From NCBI GenBank assembly GCA_964495935.1, contig CAZBXQ010000005.1, positions 3,862-67,861 of the forward strand: DNA of 64,000 nt, in the 5' to 3' direction. The notes below the pieces were generated by a model. It did no database searches. It was not told the DNA's origin and worked only from the letters and a program-made list of their open reading frames with translations. This DNA is from an uncultured Flavobacteriaceae bacterium. Its GTDB lineage: Bacteria > Bacteroidota > Bacteroidia > Flavobacteriales > Flavobacteriaceae. Both the position numbers and the translations under genes were made by a program. This document shows positions 54,311 through 64,000 of the stretch, in pieces (the first letter of the stretch is position 1; every line of letters starts with the position of its first letter).

Positions 54311-55849
54311 ATGGCAAACACAGATACTACATTTAAAACGGTTATTTCACATGCTAAGGAATACGGTTATGTATTCGCCTCCAGCGAGATTTATGATGGC
54401 CTCGGGGCGGTTTATGATTATGGCCCTCATGGAGTAGAACTCAAAAGGAATATAAAAACCTATTGGTGGAAGAGTATGACGCAACTCCATCAGAATATTG
54501 TCGGGCTGGATGCTGCTATATTAATGCATCCGAAAACCTGGAAGGCATCCGGGCACATCGATGCTTTTAATGATCCACTCATTGATAACAAGGATTCTAA
54601 AAAGCGATACCGAGCCGATGTTTTAGTTGAAGAGTATGCCGAAAAAAGACGACAGAAAGCCGACAAAGAAATTAGAAAAGCCAAAAAACGATATGGAGAG
54701 GCCTTTGATGAAGTCGAGTTTGTAACCACCAATAAACGGGTTCTCCGGTATAACAAAGAAGCTGATGAGGCGATTGCGAGGTTGACCCGGGCATTGGAGG
54801 CCGATGATTTGAAGGCTGTAAAAGAATTAATTTTAGATTTAAAGATTACGTGCCCCGTGAGCGGATCGGCAAATTGGACCGATGTAAAGCAGTTTAACCT
54901 CATGTTTAAAACCCAGCTTGGGGCCGATTCGGAAACCGCTATGGATCTTTATTTGAGGCCGGAAACCGCACAGGGTATCTTTGTCAACTTTGCTCATGTT
55001 CAAAATACTTCTCGGATGAAAATTCCTTTTGGAATTGCACAGATAGGAAAGGCTTTCCGAAATGAAATCGTGGCGAGGCAGTTCATTTTTAGACAGCGGG
55101 AATTTGAACAGATGGAGATGCAGTTCTTTGTCAAACCGGGTGATGAGTTGGAATGGTTTGAATATTGGAAAAATCAGCGGGAGGCATGGCATAAATCGCT
55201 TGGGTTTGATACCGGGGATTACCGTTTTCATCCACATGATAAATTAGCCCATTATGCCAATGCGGCAACCGATATCGAATTTAATTTCCCCTTTGGATTT
55301 AAGGAATTGGAAGGAATCCATTCGCGAACGGATTTTGACCTGGCAGCCCATGAAAAATTATCGGGTAAAAAACTTCGATTTTTTGATCCCGAAACACAAA
55401 AAAGCTATGTGCCGTATGTAATTGAGACCTCGGTAGGACTGGATCGGCTCTTTTTGGCGGTTTTCTCAAAGGCTTTGGAAGAAGAAGATTTGGGAGATGG
55501 GAAAACACGAATCGTACTGCGCTTGCCGGCAATTCTGGCACCGACAAAAGTGGCTGTTTTTCCACTTGTCAAGCGGGATGGTCTGCCGGAAATTGCCCGA
55601 GAGATCGTCGATGATTTGAAATGGGATTACAAAGTTCTGTTTGATGATAAGGATGCGGTCGGAAGGCGATATCGAAGGCAGGATGCAGCGGGAACGCCAT
55701 TTTGTATTACGGTAGATTACGAGACTAAAGAAGACCAAAGTGTAACCATTCGCTATCGCGATTCTATGGAACAAAAACGAATTCCTATTACGGCCTTAAA
55801 GAAATTACTGCATAAAGAACTTGATTTTAGAAGCTGGGCTCAAAAATGA
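54311..55849 (+). CDS. glyQS: glycine--tRNA ligase (homodimeric type)
   Basis: 512 aa. Class II aaRS motifs and a GlyRS-specific N-terminus (VISHAKEYGYVFASSEIYDGL). Confidence 0.95.
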   Translation: MANTDTTFKTVISHAKEYGYVFASSEIYDGLGAVYDYGPHGVELKRNIKTYWWKSMTQLHQNIVGLDAAILMHPKTWKASGHIDAFNDPLIDNKDSKKRYRADVLVEEYAEKRRQKADKEIRKAKKRYGEAFDEVEFVTTNKRVLRYNKEADEAIARLTRALEADDLKAVKELILDLKITCPVSGSANWTDVKQFNLMFKTQLGADSETAMDLYLRPETAQGIFVNFAHVQNTSRMKIPFGIAQIGKAFRNEIVARQFIFRQREFEQMEMQFFVKPGDELEWFEYWKNQREAWHKSLGFDTGDYRFHPHDKLAHYANAATDIEFNFPFGFKELEGIHSRTDFDLAAHEKLSGKKLRFFDPETQKSYVPYVIETSVGLDRLFLAVFSKALEEEDLGDGKTRIVLRLPAILAPTKVAVFPLVKRDGLPEIAREIVDDLKWDYKVLFDDKDAVGRRYRRQDAAGTPFCITVDYETKEDQSVTIRYRDSMEQKRIPITALKKLLHKELDFRSWAQK

Positions 55850-56900
55850 CTCCCGCGCTATGATCTTTTGGGGCTCCGGTAACCTCACCTAAGATATTAT
55901 TTTCATTTCGAAGACGAAGCACGCCAAGAAGCCCGAATATCAGAGCTTCTTTGTAGTTAATAAGCTCCTCATCGGGAATGACTACTTGACATGATGTTTG
56001 TTTCCGTATGGATTCAATCAGAAAATCATTATAGGCCCCACCGCCGGTAATCAGGATTTTGGCAGAGGATTGCGAGGGGGCAGCATGAGCCAATTGCTGG
56101 GCGATGTGCTGTGTATAAGTGGCTAATATTCTATTTGGGGAAAGATGGAAATGGTCAATCAGAGGAAATACTTCTCCTTTTACCCATTCAATTCCCAAAG
56201 ATTTTGGAGGGGACAACCGATAAAAAGGCAACTCATTGAGTTTTTTTAATAAAGGAGGGTGAGACTTTTCTTCTCGGGCTATTTTTCCCTTGTTGTCGTA
56301 GGCTTGTCCTAAACGCATGGCATAATGGTTTAAAACGGTATTTACGGCACAAATGTCATACGCTTTTCGGGTTCCTTTTTCGGCCCTTGAGATGTTGGCA
56401 AATCCGCCTAAGTTTAGACAGGCTTCATACTTTGAAAAAAGCAATTGATCGCCCATCGGAACCAAAGGCGCGCCTTGCCCGCCCATTGATACATCGGCAG
56501 TTCGAAAATCACATACTACTTTTTGGTGGGTGTAATTGGCAATTTTGGGGAGATTACCGATTTGTAGCGTGTATTTCTTTTCCGGCTGATGAAAAACGGT
56601 GTGGCCATGGGAGCAAATTGCATTCAGGATTGTAATTCCACAGTCATCGATAAACGTATTGATTGTACTCGCGAGATACTCCGTATATCTGGAATCGAGT
56701 TGATGGACTTCCTCTTGAGCAAGTTGATCGGCTTCTTCCAACCTTTTTTTCCATTGCGGAGAGTAGGGCAAGGTGGCACAGTTAAGAAAAGTATAATGCC
56801 ATTCTCCTTGTCGAAGTGTGAATCGTATATGGGCGAGATCAATGCCGTCTTTGGAAGTCCCCGACATCACTCCGATTACGGTGTAGGTTTTGGAATTCAT
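55827..56900 (-). CDS. anmK: anhydro-N-acetylmuramic acid kinase
   Basis: 357 aa. GVMSGTSKDGIDLA N-terminus, typical of AnmK. Confidence 0.9.
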   Translation of the reverse strand: MNSKTYTVIGVMSGTSKDGIDLAHIRFTLRQGEWHYTFLNCATLPYSPQWKKRLEEADQLAQEEVHQLDSRYTEYLASTINTFIDDCGITILNAICSHGHTVFHQPEKKYTLQIGNLPKIANYTHQKVVCDFRTADVSMGGQGAPLVPMGDQLLFSKYEACLNLGGFANISRAEKGTRKAYDICAVNTVLNHYAMRLGQAYDNKGKIAREEKSHPPLLKKLNELPFYRLSPPKSLGIEWVKGEVFPLIDHFHLSPNRILATYTQHIAQQLAHAAPSQSSAKILITGGGAYNDFLIESIRKQTSCQVVIPDEELINYKEALIFGLLGVLRLRNENNILGEVTGAPKDHSAGVIFEPSF

Positions 56901-56965
56901 GGTTGAAAAAGATTTGGCTTAGTTGGAATTGCTTTATATTTGTTAGAAAAGACAAAGTTAGACAT

Positions 56966-58108
56966 ATGGATTTTAATTTGAGTGAAGAGCATCTGATGAT
57001 TCGGGATGCCGCACGAGATTTTGCCAGAAATGAATTACTGCCCGGGGTTATTGAAAGGGATACCCACCAGCTTTACCCGGAAAAGCAAGTTCAGAAAATG
57101 GCCGAGATGGGGTTTTTGGGGATGATGACTTCGCCGGAGTATGGCGGCGGTGGAATGGATACGGTTTCTTATGCCCTGGCGATGGAAGAAATTTCTAAGA
57201 TTGATGCCTCCTGTTCGGTTATTATGTCGGTTAATAATTCTTTGGTTTGTTGGGGAATTGAGACATACGGAACCGAAGCGCAAAAACAAAAATACCTGAC
57301 AAAGTTGGCTGCCGGTGAGGCGACAGGTGCTTTTTGTTTAAGTGAGCCTGAAGCCGGGAGTGATGCTACACATCAAAAAACTACGGCGGTTGATAAAGGG
57401 GATCACTATGTTTTAAACGGAACGAAAAATTGGATCACAAACGGGGGAACCGCCGATTATTATTTGGTTATTGCACAGACCCATCCGGAGAAAAAACATC
57501 ATGGAATTAATGTTTTTATTGTAGAAAAAGGTTGGGCGGGTTTTAAGATCGGAGCCAAACAGAATAAAATGGGAATACGGGCCAGCGACACGCATACATT
57601 GATTTTTAATGATGTTGAGGTACCCCGGGAAAATCGGATTGGAGCCGACGGTTTTGGATTTACTTTTGCCATGAAAACCCTTTCCGGCGGGCGCATTGGA
57701 ATTGCTTCTCAGGCCTTGGGGATTGCTTCGGGTGCCTATGAGTTAGCCTTGAAATACAGTAAGGAGCGGGAGACTTTTGGAAAGCCCATTGCTCAACATC
57801 AAGCCATTGCCTTTAAACTGTCTGATATGTACACAGAAATTGAGGCGGCTCGGTATTTGGTGATGAAGGCGGCATTTGATAAAGACACGGGCCAAAACTA
57901 TGATTTGTCGGGTGCTTTGGCAAAATACCACGCTTCGAAAACGGCGATGGCGGTAACGACTGAGGCTGTTCAGATTCACGGTGGGAATGGCTATGTTAAG
58001 GAGTACCACGTAGAACGTTTAATGCGCGATGCGAAGATTACGCAGATTTATGAAGGAACTTCAGAGATTCAGCAACTGGTGATTTCCAGAGCTTTGATAA
58101 AAGGATAA
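56966..58108 (+). CDS. acyl-CoA dehydrogenase (short/medium-chain type)
   Basis: The internal ATG gives MDFNLSEEHLMIRD... ACAD motifs and a C-terminal YEGTSEIQ. Confidence 0.9.
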   Translation: MDFNLSEEHLMIRDAARDFARNELLPGVIERDTHQLYPEKQVQKMAEMGFLGMMTSPEYGGGGMDTVSYALAMEEISKIDASCSVIMSVNNSLVCWGIETYGTEAQKQKYLTKLAAGEATGAFCLSEPEAGSDATHQKTTAVDKGDHYVLNGTKNWITNGGTADYYLVIAQTHPEKKHHGINVFIVEKGWAGFKIGAKQNKMGIRASDTHTLIFNDVEVPRENRIGADGFGFTFAMKTLSGGRIGIASQALGIASGAYELALKYSKERETFGKPIAQHQAIAFKLSDMYTEIEAARYLVMKAAFDKDTGQNYDLSGALAKYHASKTAMAVTTEAVQIHGGNGYVKEYHVERLMRDAKITQIYEGTSEIQQLVISRALIKG

Positions 58109-58127
58109 GGGATCTGATAAAATCCGT

Positions 58128-58727
58128 TTATTGTAGATTTTGCTGGAGGGAGTCAATGTAATCCAGGACTTCCTCTTTTCCTTTATTATGCACTGAAGAA
58201 GTTAAGAAATAAGGAGGTAAGGGGGCCCATATTTCTGATAAGACGGCCTTATAGGCTTCAATGTTCCGCTCCAGAGCTTTGGGTTTTAATTTGTCGGTCT
58301 TGGTAAAAATGATGGCAAAAGGGAGGCTGTTTTGCCCCAGCCAGATCATAAAATCTAAGTCTATTTTTTGGGGCTTGTGGCGGGAATCGATAAGTACAAA
58401 GGCTGTTATTAGGGAATCGCGACGGAGAAAATAGGAGGTTATTCGACGCTGAAAATCACGCTTGTTTTTCTTGCTGGTTTGGGCATAACCATATCCGGGT
58501 AAATCGACGATGTACCAACTTTCGTTAATCAGAAAGTGGTTAATGAGTTGAGTTTTTCCGGGTGTGCCAGAGGTTTTTGCCAATTTCTTTTGATGGGTAA
58601 GCATATTGATGAGGGAAGATTTTCCCACATTGCTCCGACCGATAAAGGCATATTCCGGAATACCGGTTGCCGGACCATCTTCTACGGTGGCGCTACTCGT
58701 TACAAAAGAAGCAGAGTGAATCTCCAT
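58128..58727 (-). CDS. engB: ribosome biogenesis GTP-binding protein YihA/EngB
   Basis: 199 aa. GRSNVGKSSLIN, DLPGYG and TKTDK motifs. Confidence 0.9.
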   Translation of the reverse strand: MEIHSASFVTSSATVEDGPATGIPEYAFIGRSNVGKSSLINMLTHQKKLAKTSGTPGKTQLINHFLINESWYIVDLPGYGYAQTSKKNKRDFQRRITSYFLRRDSLITAFVLIDSRHKPQKIDLDFMIWLGQNSLPFAIIFTKTDKLKPKALERNIEAYKAVLSEIWAPLPPYFLTSSVHNKGKEEVLDYIDSLQQNLQ

Positions 58728-58766
58728 GACACTACTTAAAGAGAGGGAAGATTTTATAGAATCGAT

Positions 58767-59531
58767 TTATAATCCACGGTCTTGCAGCCATCCGTATAGA
58801 ATCTCATTAAATTCATCGGGATGTTCCATCATCGCTGCATGCCCGCATTTATCAATCCAGAACAAATCCGAATCGGGGAGGAGTGTATGGAAATCCTCGG
58901 CTACGGAAGGAGGCGTCACATGATCCTGCTTTCCCCAAATGATACAGACCGGAACATTCATATTGGGAAGATCTTTGGACATGTTATGACGAATAGCACT
59001 CTTGGCAATAGTGATTGTTCGGATTAATTTGGCACGATCGTTTAAGGTTTGAAAGACATCATCGACCACCTCTTTGGTTGCTACTTTGGGATCGTAAAAA
59101 ACCTCCTCCGATTTTTTTTTGATATAGTCATAGCTGTGGCGTCGGGGATAAGTGCCTCCCATAGAGTTTTCATAAAGCCCGGAACTCCCCGTAATAATCA
59201 ATGCATGTATATGCTCGGGGTATAATTTTAACGTTGAGAGTGCAATATGACCTCCTAAAGAATTTCCCAGTAAAATCGGTTCTGTATAGTTTTTGAATTC
59301 AATGAATTCTTTGACGAATTTTGCAAAAGCACTCACTTTTGTCTTAACAATGGGTAAGGAGTAAAGAGGAAGTTCGGGGAGTACTATTTTATAGCCTTTT
59401 TTGGGGAAGAAATCAACGACGCCGTCAAAATTGCTCAATTGCCCCATTAATCCATGTAAGATAATTATGGGCCGACCTTCCCCGATTTCCTTATACGTAT
59501 ATTTTCCTTCTGTAATTAGATGGTTTTCCAT
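58767..59531 (-). CDS. alpha/beta-fold hydrolase
   Basis: 254 aa. HGLMG oxyanion region and nucleophile elbow GNSLGG. Confidence 0.8.
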   Translation of the reverse strand: MENHLITEGKYTYKEIGEGRPIIILHGLMGQLSNFDGVVDFFPKKGYKIVLPELPLYSLPIVKTKVSAFAKFVKEFIEFKNYTEPILLGNSLGGHIALSTLKLYPEHIHALIITGSSGLYENSMGGTYPRRHSYDYIKKKSEEVFYDPKVATKEVVDDVFQTLNDRAKLIRTITIAKSAIRHNMSKDLPNMNVPVCIIWGKQDHVTPPSVAEDFHTLLPDSDLFWIDKCGHAAMMEHPDEFNEILYGWLQDRGL

Positions 59532-59807
59532 TCAAATCAGGGTTTGAAACGACAAATATAAGGATTATTTATCATTTTTATGGACATCCTAAATCTCAAT
59601 AATTCTACGAATTTATCGCCTTCGATTTCTCCTGAAACTCCCTCTTTATTCTCGTTTTTTAATGGGTAAATAGCTTTTAACAGCTTTTTTTCAATGATCC
59701 GGTCTGTAAATTCCCACATGATATAAATATATAATATACTGATAATCAATATTTTTTGATAATAATTAAGATGAGATGAAGAAGGGGTATAAAAACTTAT
59801 CAACAAT

Positions 59808-59832
59808 GTGGTAATAAGTGGGAGAATGTGGT
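59808..59832 (+). promoter_or_regulatory. MraZ operator-like array: three GTGG(T/G) boxes at exact 10-bp spacing
   Basis: GTGGTAATAAGTGGGAGAATGTGGT, about 35 nt upstream of the mraZ ATG. Confidence 0.6.
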
Positions 59833-59866
59833 ATTATTTTTAATATCTTTGAAATTATTAATGGCC

Positions 59867-60328
59867 ATGTTGAATCTGATCGGAACATACGAGTGTAAAA
59901 TAGATGCCAAAGGGCGTTTATTACTGCCGTCCCGGCTCAAAAAACAGCTATTGCCTTTACTGGAAGACGGGTTTGTGCTCAAAAGAGCGGTATTTCAACC
60001 CTGTCTGGAATTATATCCCATGAAGGAATGGGATATTTTGATGGGGAAGATGAATAAATTAAATCGTTTTAAAAAGAAGAATAATGATTTTATAAGACGA
60101 TTTACGGCAGGGGTTAAAATTGTAGAAGTTGACAGTAATGGTCGGCTCTTGGTGCCTCGGGACCTTTTTAATTTTGCCGGGCTGGAAAAGGAAATCGTGC
60201 TTTCCTCGGCTATTAATATTGTGGAGCTGTGGGACAAGGAGAAATATGAAGAGGCTATTGATGAAACGGCTGATGATTTTGCAGATTTAGCCGAGGAAGT
60301 TATGGGTAACACAGAAGATGATGAGTAG
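59867..60328 (+). CDS. mraZ: transcriptional regulator MraZ
   Basis: The internal ATG gives MLNLIGTYECKIDAKGRLLLPS..., the canonical MraZ N-terminus with two SpoVT/AbrB-like halves. Confidence 0.9.
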   Translation: MLNLIGTYECKIDAKGRLLLPSRLKKQLLPLLEDGFVLKRAVFQPCLELYPMKEWDILMGKMNKLNRFKKKNNDFIRRFTAGVKIVEVDSNGRLLVPRDLFNFAGLEKEIVLSSAINIVELWDKEKYEEAIDETADDFADLAEEVMGNTEDDE

Positions 60329-61220
60329 TTATCATGTTCCTGTTTTATTGAAAGAAAGCGTGGCGGGATTAAACATACGTTCAACGGGTGTTTATGTAGA
60401 TGTGACTTTTGGGGGTGGAGGACATGCGGCCGAGATTTTGAAGCAGTTGGGGCAAGCCGGTAAACTGTTGGCGTTTGATCAGGATGCAGAAGCTCATAAG
60501 AACGCCTTGAAAGACCCCCGATTAAAGTTGATACAAGCCAATTTTCGATACTTTAAACGGTTTTTGAGATTGGAAGGGATACGGCAGGTTGATGGTATTT
60601 TGGCAGATTTTGGAGTGTCTTCACATCAGTTTGATAAGGCCGATCGAGGGTTTTCCACCCGATTTGATGCGCGATTGGATATGCGTATGAATCAACAGCA
60701 GCAAAAGGATGCTTTTGCGGTGATAAATACATATCCGGAAGAAGAACTGCGACGATTGTTTTATGAATATGGGGAACTTCGAAATGCTCCTAATCTGGCA
60801 AAGACAATCGTCGAAAGACGGCAAGAAAAACCCATAGAAACGAGTGGGGAACTAAACGAATTGTTACGCCCTCTTTTATTTAAAAAGAAACAGAATAAGA
60901 TTTTAGCCCAAATCTACCAAGCGATTAGAATTGAGGTCAATGAGGAGATCGAGGCGTTAAAAGAGTTTTTGAAACAGACCGGGGAAGTGCTTAAACCCGG
61001 TGGGCGATTGAGCGTAATCTCTTATCATTCCTTGGAGGATCGGTTGGTTAAACGCTATATACGAAGTGGGCTTTTTGAGGGAGAACCGAAGAAAGATTTT
61101 TATGGAAATGTCTCGGTTCCCTTTAAAAAGATAGGGAAGATGAAGACCGCCAGCAAAACGGAGATAGAAGCAAATAGCCGAGCGAGAAGCGCAAAATTAA
61201 GAATAGGAGAACGATTGTAG
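60318..61220 (+). CDS. rsmH: 16S rRNA (cytosine1402-N4)-methyltransferase
   Basis: 300 aa. YHVPVLL, DVTFGGGGH and DFGVSSHQFD motifs. Confidence 0.95.
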   Translation: MMSSYHVPVLLKESVAGLNIRSTGVYVDVTFGGGGHAAEILKQLGQAGKLLAFDQDAEAHKNALKDPRLKLIQANFRYFKRFLRLEGIRQVDGILADFGVSSHQFDKADRGFSTRFDARLDMRMNQQQQKDAFAVINTYPEEELRRLFYEYGELRNAPNLAKTIVERRQEKPIETSGELNELLRPLLFKKKQNKILAQIYQAIRIEVNEEIEALKEFLKQTGEVLKPGGRLSVISYHSLEDRLVKRYIRSGLFEGEPKKDFYGNVSVPFKKIGKMKTASKTEIEANSRARSAKLRIGERL

Positions 61221-61221
61221 G

Positions 61222-61530
61222 ATGAGCAGAATTCATGACATATTAAAAGGTCGCTATCTGATTGATAAGGATGCAGTAAAAAACTGGATTTTTATCCTTT
61301 TTTGTACCCTTTTGGCCATTATCATGATTGCCAGTTCCCATAAAGCGGAAAATAAAGTGCATCAAATCGCGAAACTACAGAAAGAGGAACGACAATTAAG
61401 GAGTGAATTTGTGGATCAACGCCAGCAATTAATGCAAATGAAAATGGAGTCAACAATTAATAGTCGGCTGCAGGATAAAGGAATAACGATTTTGAACAGA
61501 GCCCCTCATAAAATTATTGTGAGAAATTAA
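61222..61530 (+). CDS. FtsL-like cell division protein
   Basis: 102 aa. A single TM helix plus coiled coil, located between rsmH and ftsI. Confidence 0.6.
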   Translation: MSRIHDILKGRYLIDKDAVKNWIFILFCTLLAIIMIASSHKAENKVHQIAKLQKEERQLRSEFVDQRQQLMQMKMESTINSRLQDKGITILNRAPHKIIVRN

Positions 61531-61533
61531 TAT

Positions 61534-63501
61534 ATGACAAACGATCGTAACATATTAAATCGCTTTTACGGGATTGTGATCCTGCTTCTTGTCTTTGTCT
61601 TTTCGGTAAGTTTTAAATTGTTAAATATACAGTTTGTACACGGAGAGGATTATGAAAAGATTGGACGAAGTCGGGTATATAAAAATTTTATTATCCCGGC
61701 CAATCGTGGGAATCTCTATGATGATACGGGAAGTTTGTTGGCTACTTCGGTACCCAAATACGATATCTATTTTGATCCGTTATCGATAAAAGATGAATCT
61801 TATTTTAATAGTGAGGTAACAGCTTTGGCAAAAGCACTTTCCGGCATGTTGGGAGGGACGGTAAATTACCACAAAAACCGGTTAATACACGCCCGCCGGA
61901 GTCATAATCGATACTTGCCTATTGCAAAAAATTTACGCTATTCGGAATATCTTAAGATCAAACAATTTCCCATTTTTAAACGGGGGACTTATGGTGGAGG
62001 ATTTATTGCCGAACAACGAACAGTTCGGGAATTGCCGTTGGGAAAACTGGCTGAACGAACGGTGGGTAAGGGAGCTTCGGGGCTGGAAGGAGCTTTCCAT
62101 GAATACTTGAAAGGGAAAGATGGACATCAACTGAAGCAGAAAATTGCCAATGGACTTTGGAAGCCCATCAATGATGTTAACGAGATGGATCCTCAGGACG
62201 GTTTGGACGTCATCTCCACCATTGATGTCAATGTTCAGGATATCGTTCATCATGCTTTGTTAGCGCAAATGGAAGAATATGAAGCCGACCACGGGACGGC
62301 TGTTTTGATGGAGGTGAAGACCGGTGAGATTAAAGGAATGGCCAATCTGGGGCGTACCTCTGACGGGAAGTACTATGAGAAACGAAATTATGCGGTTTGG
62401 GAAGCTCAGGAACCGGGCTCTACCTTTAAGTTGATGGCCATGGTGGCCGCTCTGGAGGATAAAGTGGTTGATACGGCACAGATTTTCGATACCGAAGGAG
62501 GTGTGGTTAAATATTATGGACGGTCGGTACGGGACTCACATGTTGGCGGATATGGAAAAATCTCTGCGGCACGTGGGTTTGAGGTATCTTCAAATACGGT
62601 TTTTTCAAAAATTATAACCGAGGGCTATAAAAATAACGCCCGGGCTTTTGTCAATCGCCTCGATTATATGGGCCTCAGTCAAAAAACGGGAATTGCTATC
62701 CAGGGAGAGGGGCAACCTATGATTCCTCATCCCGGAGATAAAAACTGGTATGGAACGACCCTTCCTTGGATGTCTTTTGGCTATGGTGTTTTACTCACCC
62801 CTTTACAGATTCTTACCTTTTATAATGCGATTGCCAATGATGGTGTTTCTGTGCCCCCGCGGTTGATTAAAGAAATTCGGGATCGAGATCGATTAGTAGA
62901 TTCGAATATTGGAAACCGGCGGCCTAACTCTATTGTTTCTAAGGAGACTGCAAAAATTGCACAAACCTTGCTACGGCATGTTGTTGAACGAGGAACGGGG
63001 GTAACGGTGCAATCGGATATTTTACCTTTAGCCGGGAAGACGGGAACCGCCCAGGCAGGTTATTCGGCGGGAAACAAAGGACATTATGTGGCGTCTTTTG
63101 CAGGTTATTTTCCGGCTGATAATCCACAGTATTCCTGTATTGTAGTTGTCAATGAACCCAATACATTACGTGGTTTTTATGGGGGATCGGTGGCAGGACC
63201 GGTTTTTCGCGAGATTGCCGAGAAAATATATAACCGCACTCCGGTAAAAGATACAATTCAAATGAATTTTCCAAAAGGCGAGGCCTTGGCCAAAGCCTAT
63301 AATGATTTTTATGAACGAGCTCAGGAATCTCAGTCCGTTATGCCGGATGTACAGGGATGGCCTGCAATGGACGCCCTTTCTTTATTGGAAAATTTGGGAC
63401 TTCGGCCCCGGGTAGAAGGATATGGAAAAATTGTCAAACAGTCTATTCGTCCCGGAACGGATATCCAAAAAGGAACTCCTTTAAAATTAACAGCAGAGTG
63501 A
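61534..63501 (+). CDS. ftsI: penicillin-binding protein (FtsI/PBP3-type transpeptidase)
   Basis: 655 aa. STFK, SSN and KTGT motifs plus a C-terminal PASTA-like domain. Confidence 0.9.
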   Translation: MTNDRNILNRFYGIVILLLVFVFSVSFKLLNIQFVHGEDYEKIGRSRVYKNFIIPANRGNLYDDTGSLLATSVPKYDIYFDPLSIKDESYFNSEVTALAKALSGMLGGTVNYHKNRLIHARRSHNRYLPIAKNLRYSEYLKIKQFPIFKRGTYGGGFIAEQRTVRELPLGKLAERTVGKGASGLEGAFHEYLKGKDGHQLKQKIANGLWKPINDVNEMDPQDGLDVISTIDVNVQDIVHHALLAQMEEYEADHGTAVLMEVKTGEIKGMANLGRTSDGKYYEKRNYAVWEAQEPGSTFKLMAMVAALEDKVVDTAQIFDTEGGVVKYYGRSVRDSHVGGYGKISAARGFEVSSNTVFSKIITEGYKNNARAFVNRLDYMGLSQKTGIAIQGEGQPMIPHPGDKNWYGTTLPWMSFGYGVLLTPLQILTFYNAIANDGVSVPPRLIKEIRDRDRLVDSNIGNRRPNSIVSKETAKIAQTLLRHVVERGTGVTVQSDILPLAGKTGTAQAGYSAGNKGHYVASFAGYFPADNPQYSCIVVVNEPNTLRGFYGGSVAGPVFREIAEKIYNRTPVKDTIQMNFPKGEALAKAYNDFYERAQESQSVMPDVQGWPAMDALSLLENLGLRPRVEGYGKIVKQSIRPGTDIQKGTPLKLTAE

Positions 63502-64000
63502 AACACACCTTACGAGACATATTGTATAAGGTCGCTATTGAGGCCGTGGAAGGTGAGACCTCCATTGCTGTTGGAGAAGTGGTATTTGATTCTCGAAAAG
63601 TGAATGATCACGCTGCATTTGTAGCCATTAGAGGAGAAAAAGATGATGGCCACGATTTTATAGAAGAGGCGATAAAAAAGGGAGCCAAGGCGGTTATTTG
63701 TGAATTTCTGCCGCCGGAACGAGCGTCGCAGGTGACGTATGTAAAAGTTAATGATTCAAAAGAAGCTTTAAGCTTGATGGCTTCCAATTTTTACGGCTGC
63801 CCTTCGGCCAATCTCAAATTGGTGGGAGTTACCGGAACCAATGGGAAAACGACTATCGCTACCTTGCTGTATGAGTTATTTACTCGTGCAGGATTTAAAG
63901 TGGGGCTACTCTCAACGGTTCGTATTTGCGTAGGTACCCGAGAATATCCAACCCGGTTGACAACTCCGGATTCCTTGACGATTAATCGATATCTCAAAGA
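63498..64000 (+). CDS. murE: UDP-N-acetylmuramoyl-tripeptide synthetase MurE, 5' partial (runs off the window)
   Basis: Hand translation from the GTG at 63498: VKHTLRDILYKV...GVTGTNGKTTIATLLYELF... The start codon choice is uncertain. Confidence 0.85.
   Translation, partial: MKHTLRDILYKVAIEAVEGETSIAVGEVVFDSRKVNDHAAFVAIRGEKDDGHDFIEEAIKKGAKAVICEFLPPERASQVTYVKVNDSKEALSLMASNFYGCPSANLKLVGVTGTNGKTTIATLLYELFTRAGFKVGLLSTVRICVGTREYPTRLTTPDSLTINRYLK

Noticed and set aside
55827-55849. 23-nt convergent overlap of the glyQS and anmK 3' ends
   Set aside because: Short convergent overlaps are common, and nothing further, such as a shared terminator structure, stood out.
59537-59806. 89-aa minus-strand ORF upstream of mraZ
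   Set aside because: It lies in the dcw promoter region, is hydrophobic and low-complexity, has no motif and shows no coupling to the upstream hydrolase gene.

Overview
This looks like a Bacteroidota-type chromosome segment with three parts. (1) 1-22.6 kb holds a phenylacetate (paa) catabolic cluster: paaA, B, C, D, G, H, I, J, K, Z, an F-like hydratase and paaY. It is followed by a 2-oxoacid dehydrogenase E2 and a fused E1 alpha/beta. The cluster is interrupted by small selfish-type ORFs: four 23S-IVS-type four-helix-bundle genes (one with an in-frame TGA), a GIY-YIG gene, a GxxExxY gene and a ParE/RelE toxin-antitoxin pair. Most of these are bracketed by low-complexity inverted repeats. The cluster also contains a SatD-like/DUF3307-like pair, a decayed AraC-family fragment and an unlisted 51-aa Pmp3-family ORF. 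(2) About 23.7-43.9 kb is a visibly more AT-rich integrative mobilizable element of about 20 kb, inserted in the 3' end of tRNA-Arg(ACG). It has 62-bp att direct repeats, a tyrosine integrase, an Xis-like HTH, a Toprim primase, a P-loop helicase-like NTPase and a MobA-like/relaxase pair. Its cargo is the most interesting part of the window. One module is a toxin / HTH antitoxin / possible SecB-like chaperone (TAC-like). The other is a co-directional operon encoding an FHA-FHA-ABC exporter, a membrane Ser/Thr kinase, a PP2C-TM-M48 protease fusion, a second kinase and a WG-repeat protein. The last gene junction of that operon is split by an IS30-family element. (3) 44-64 kb is ordinary housekeeping DNA: obg, adk, purK, rarA, GT2, ompA-like, glyQS, anmK, ACAD, engB, and the start of the dcw cluster (mraZ-rsmH-ftsL-ftsI-murE) with a recognisable MraZ operator. 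All calls rest on reading the supplied translations and sequence by eye. No database search or numerical computation was run, and non-coding coordinates may be off by 1-2 nt.
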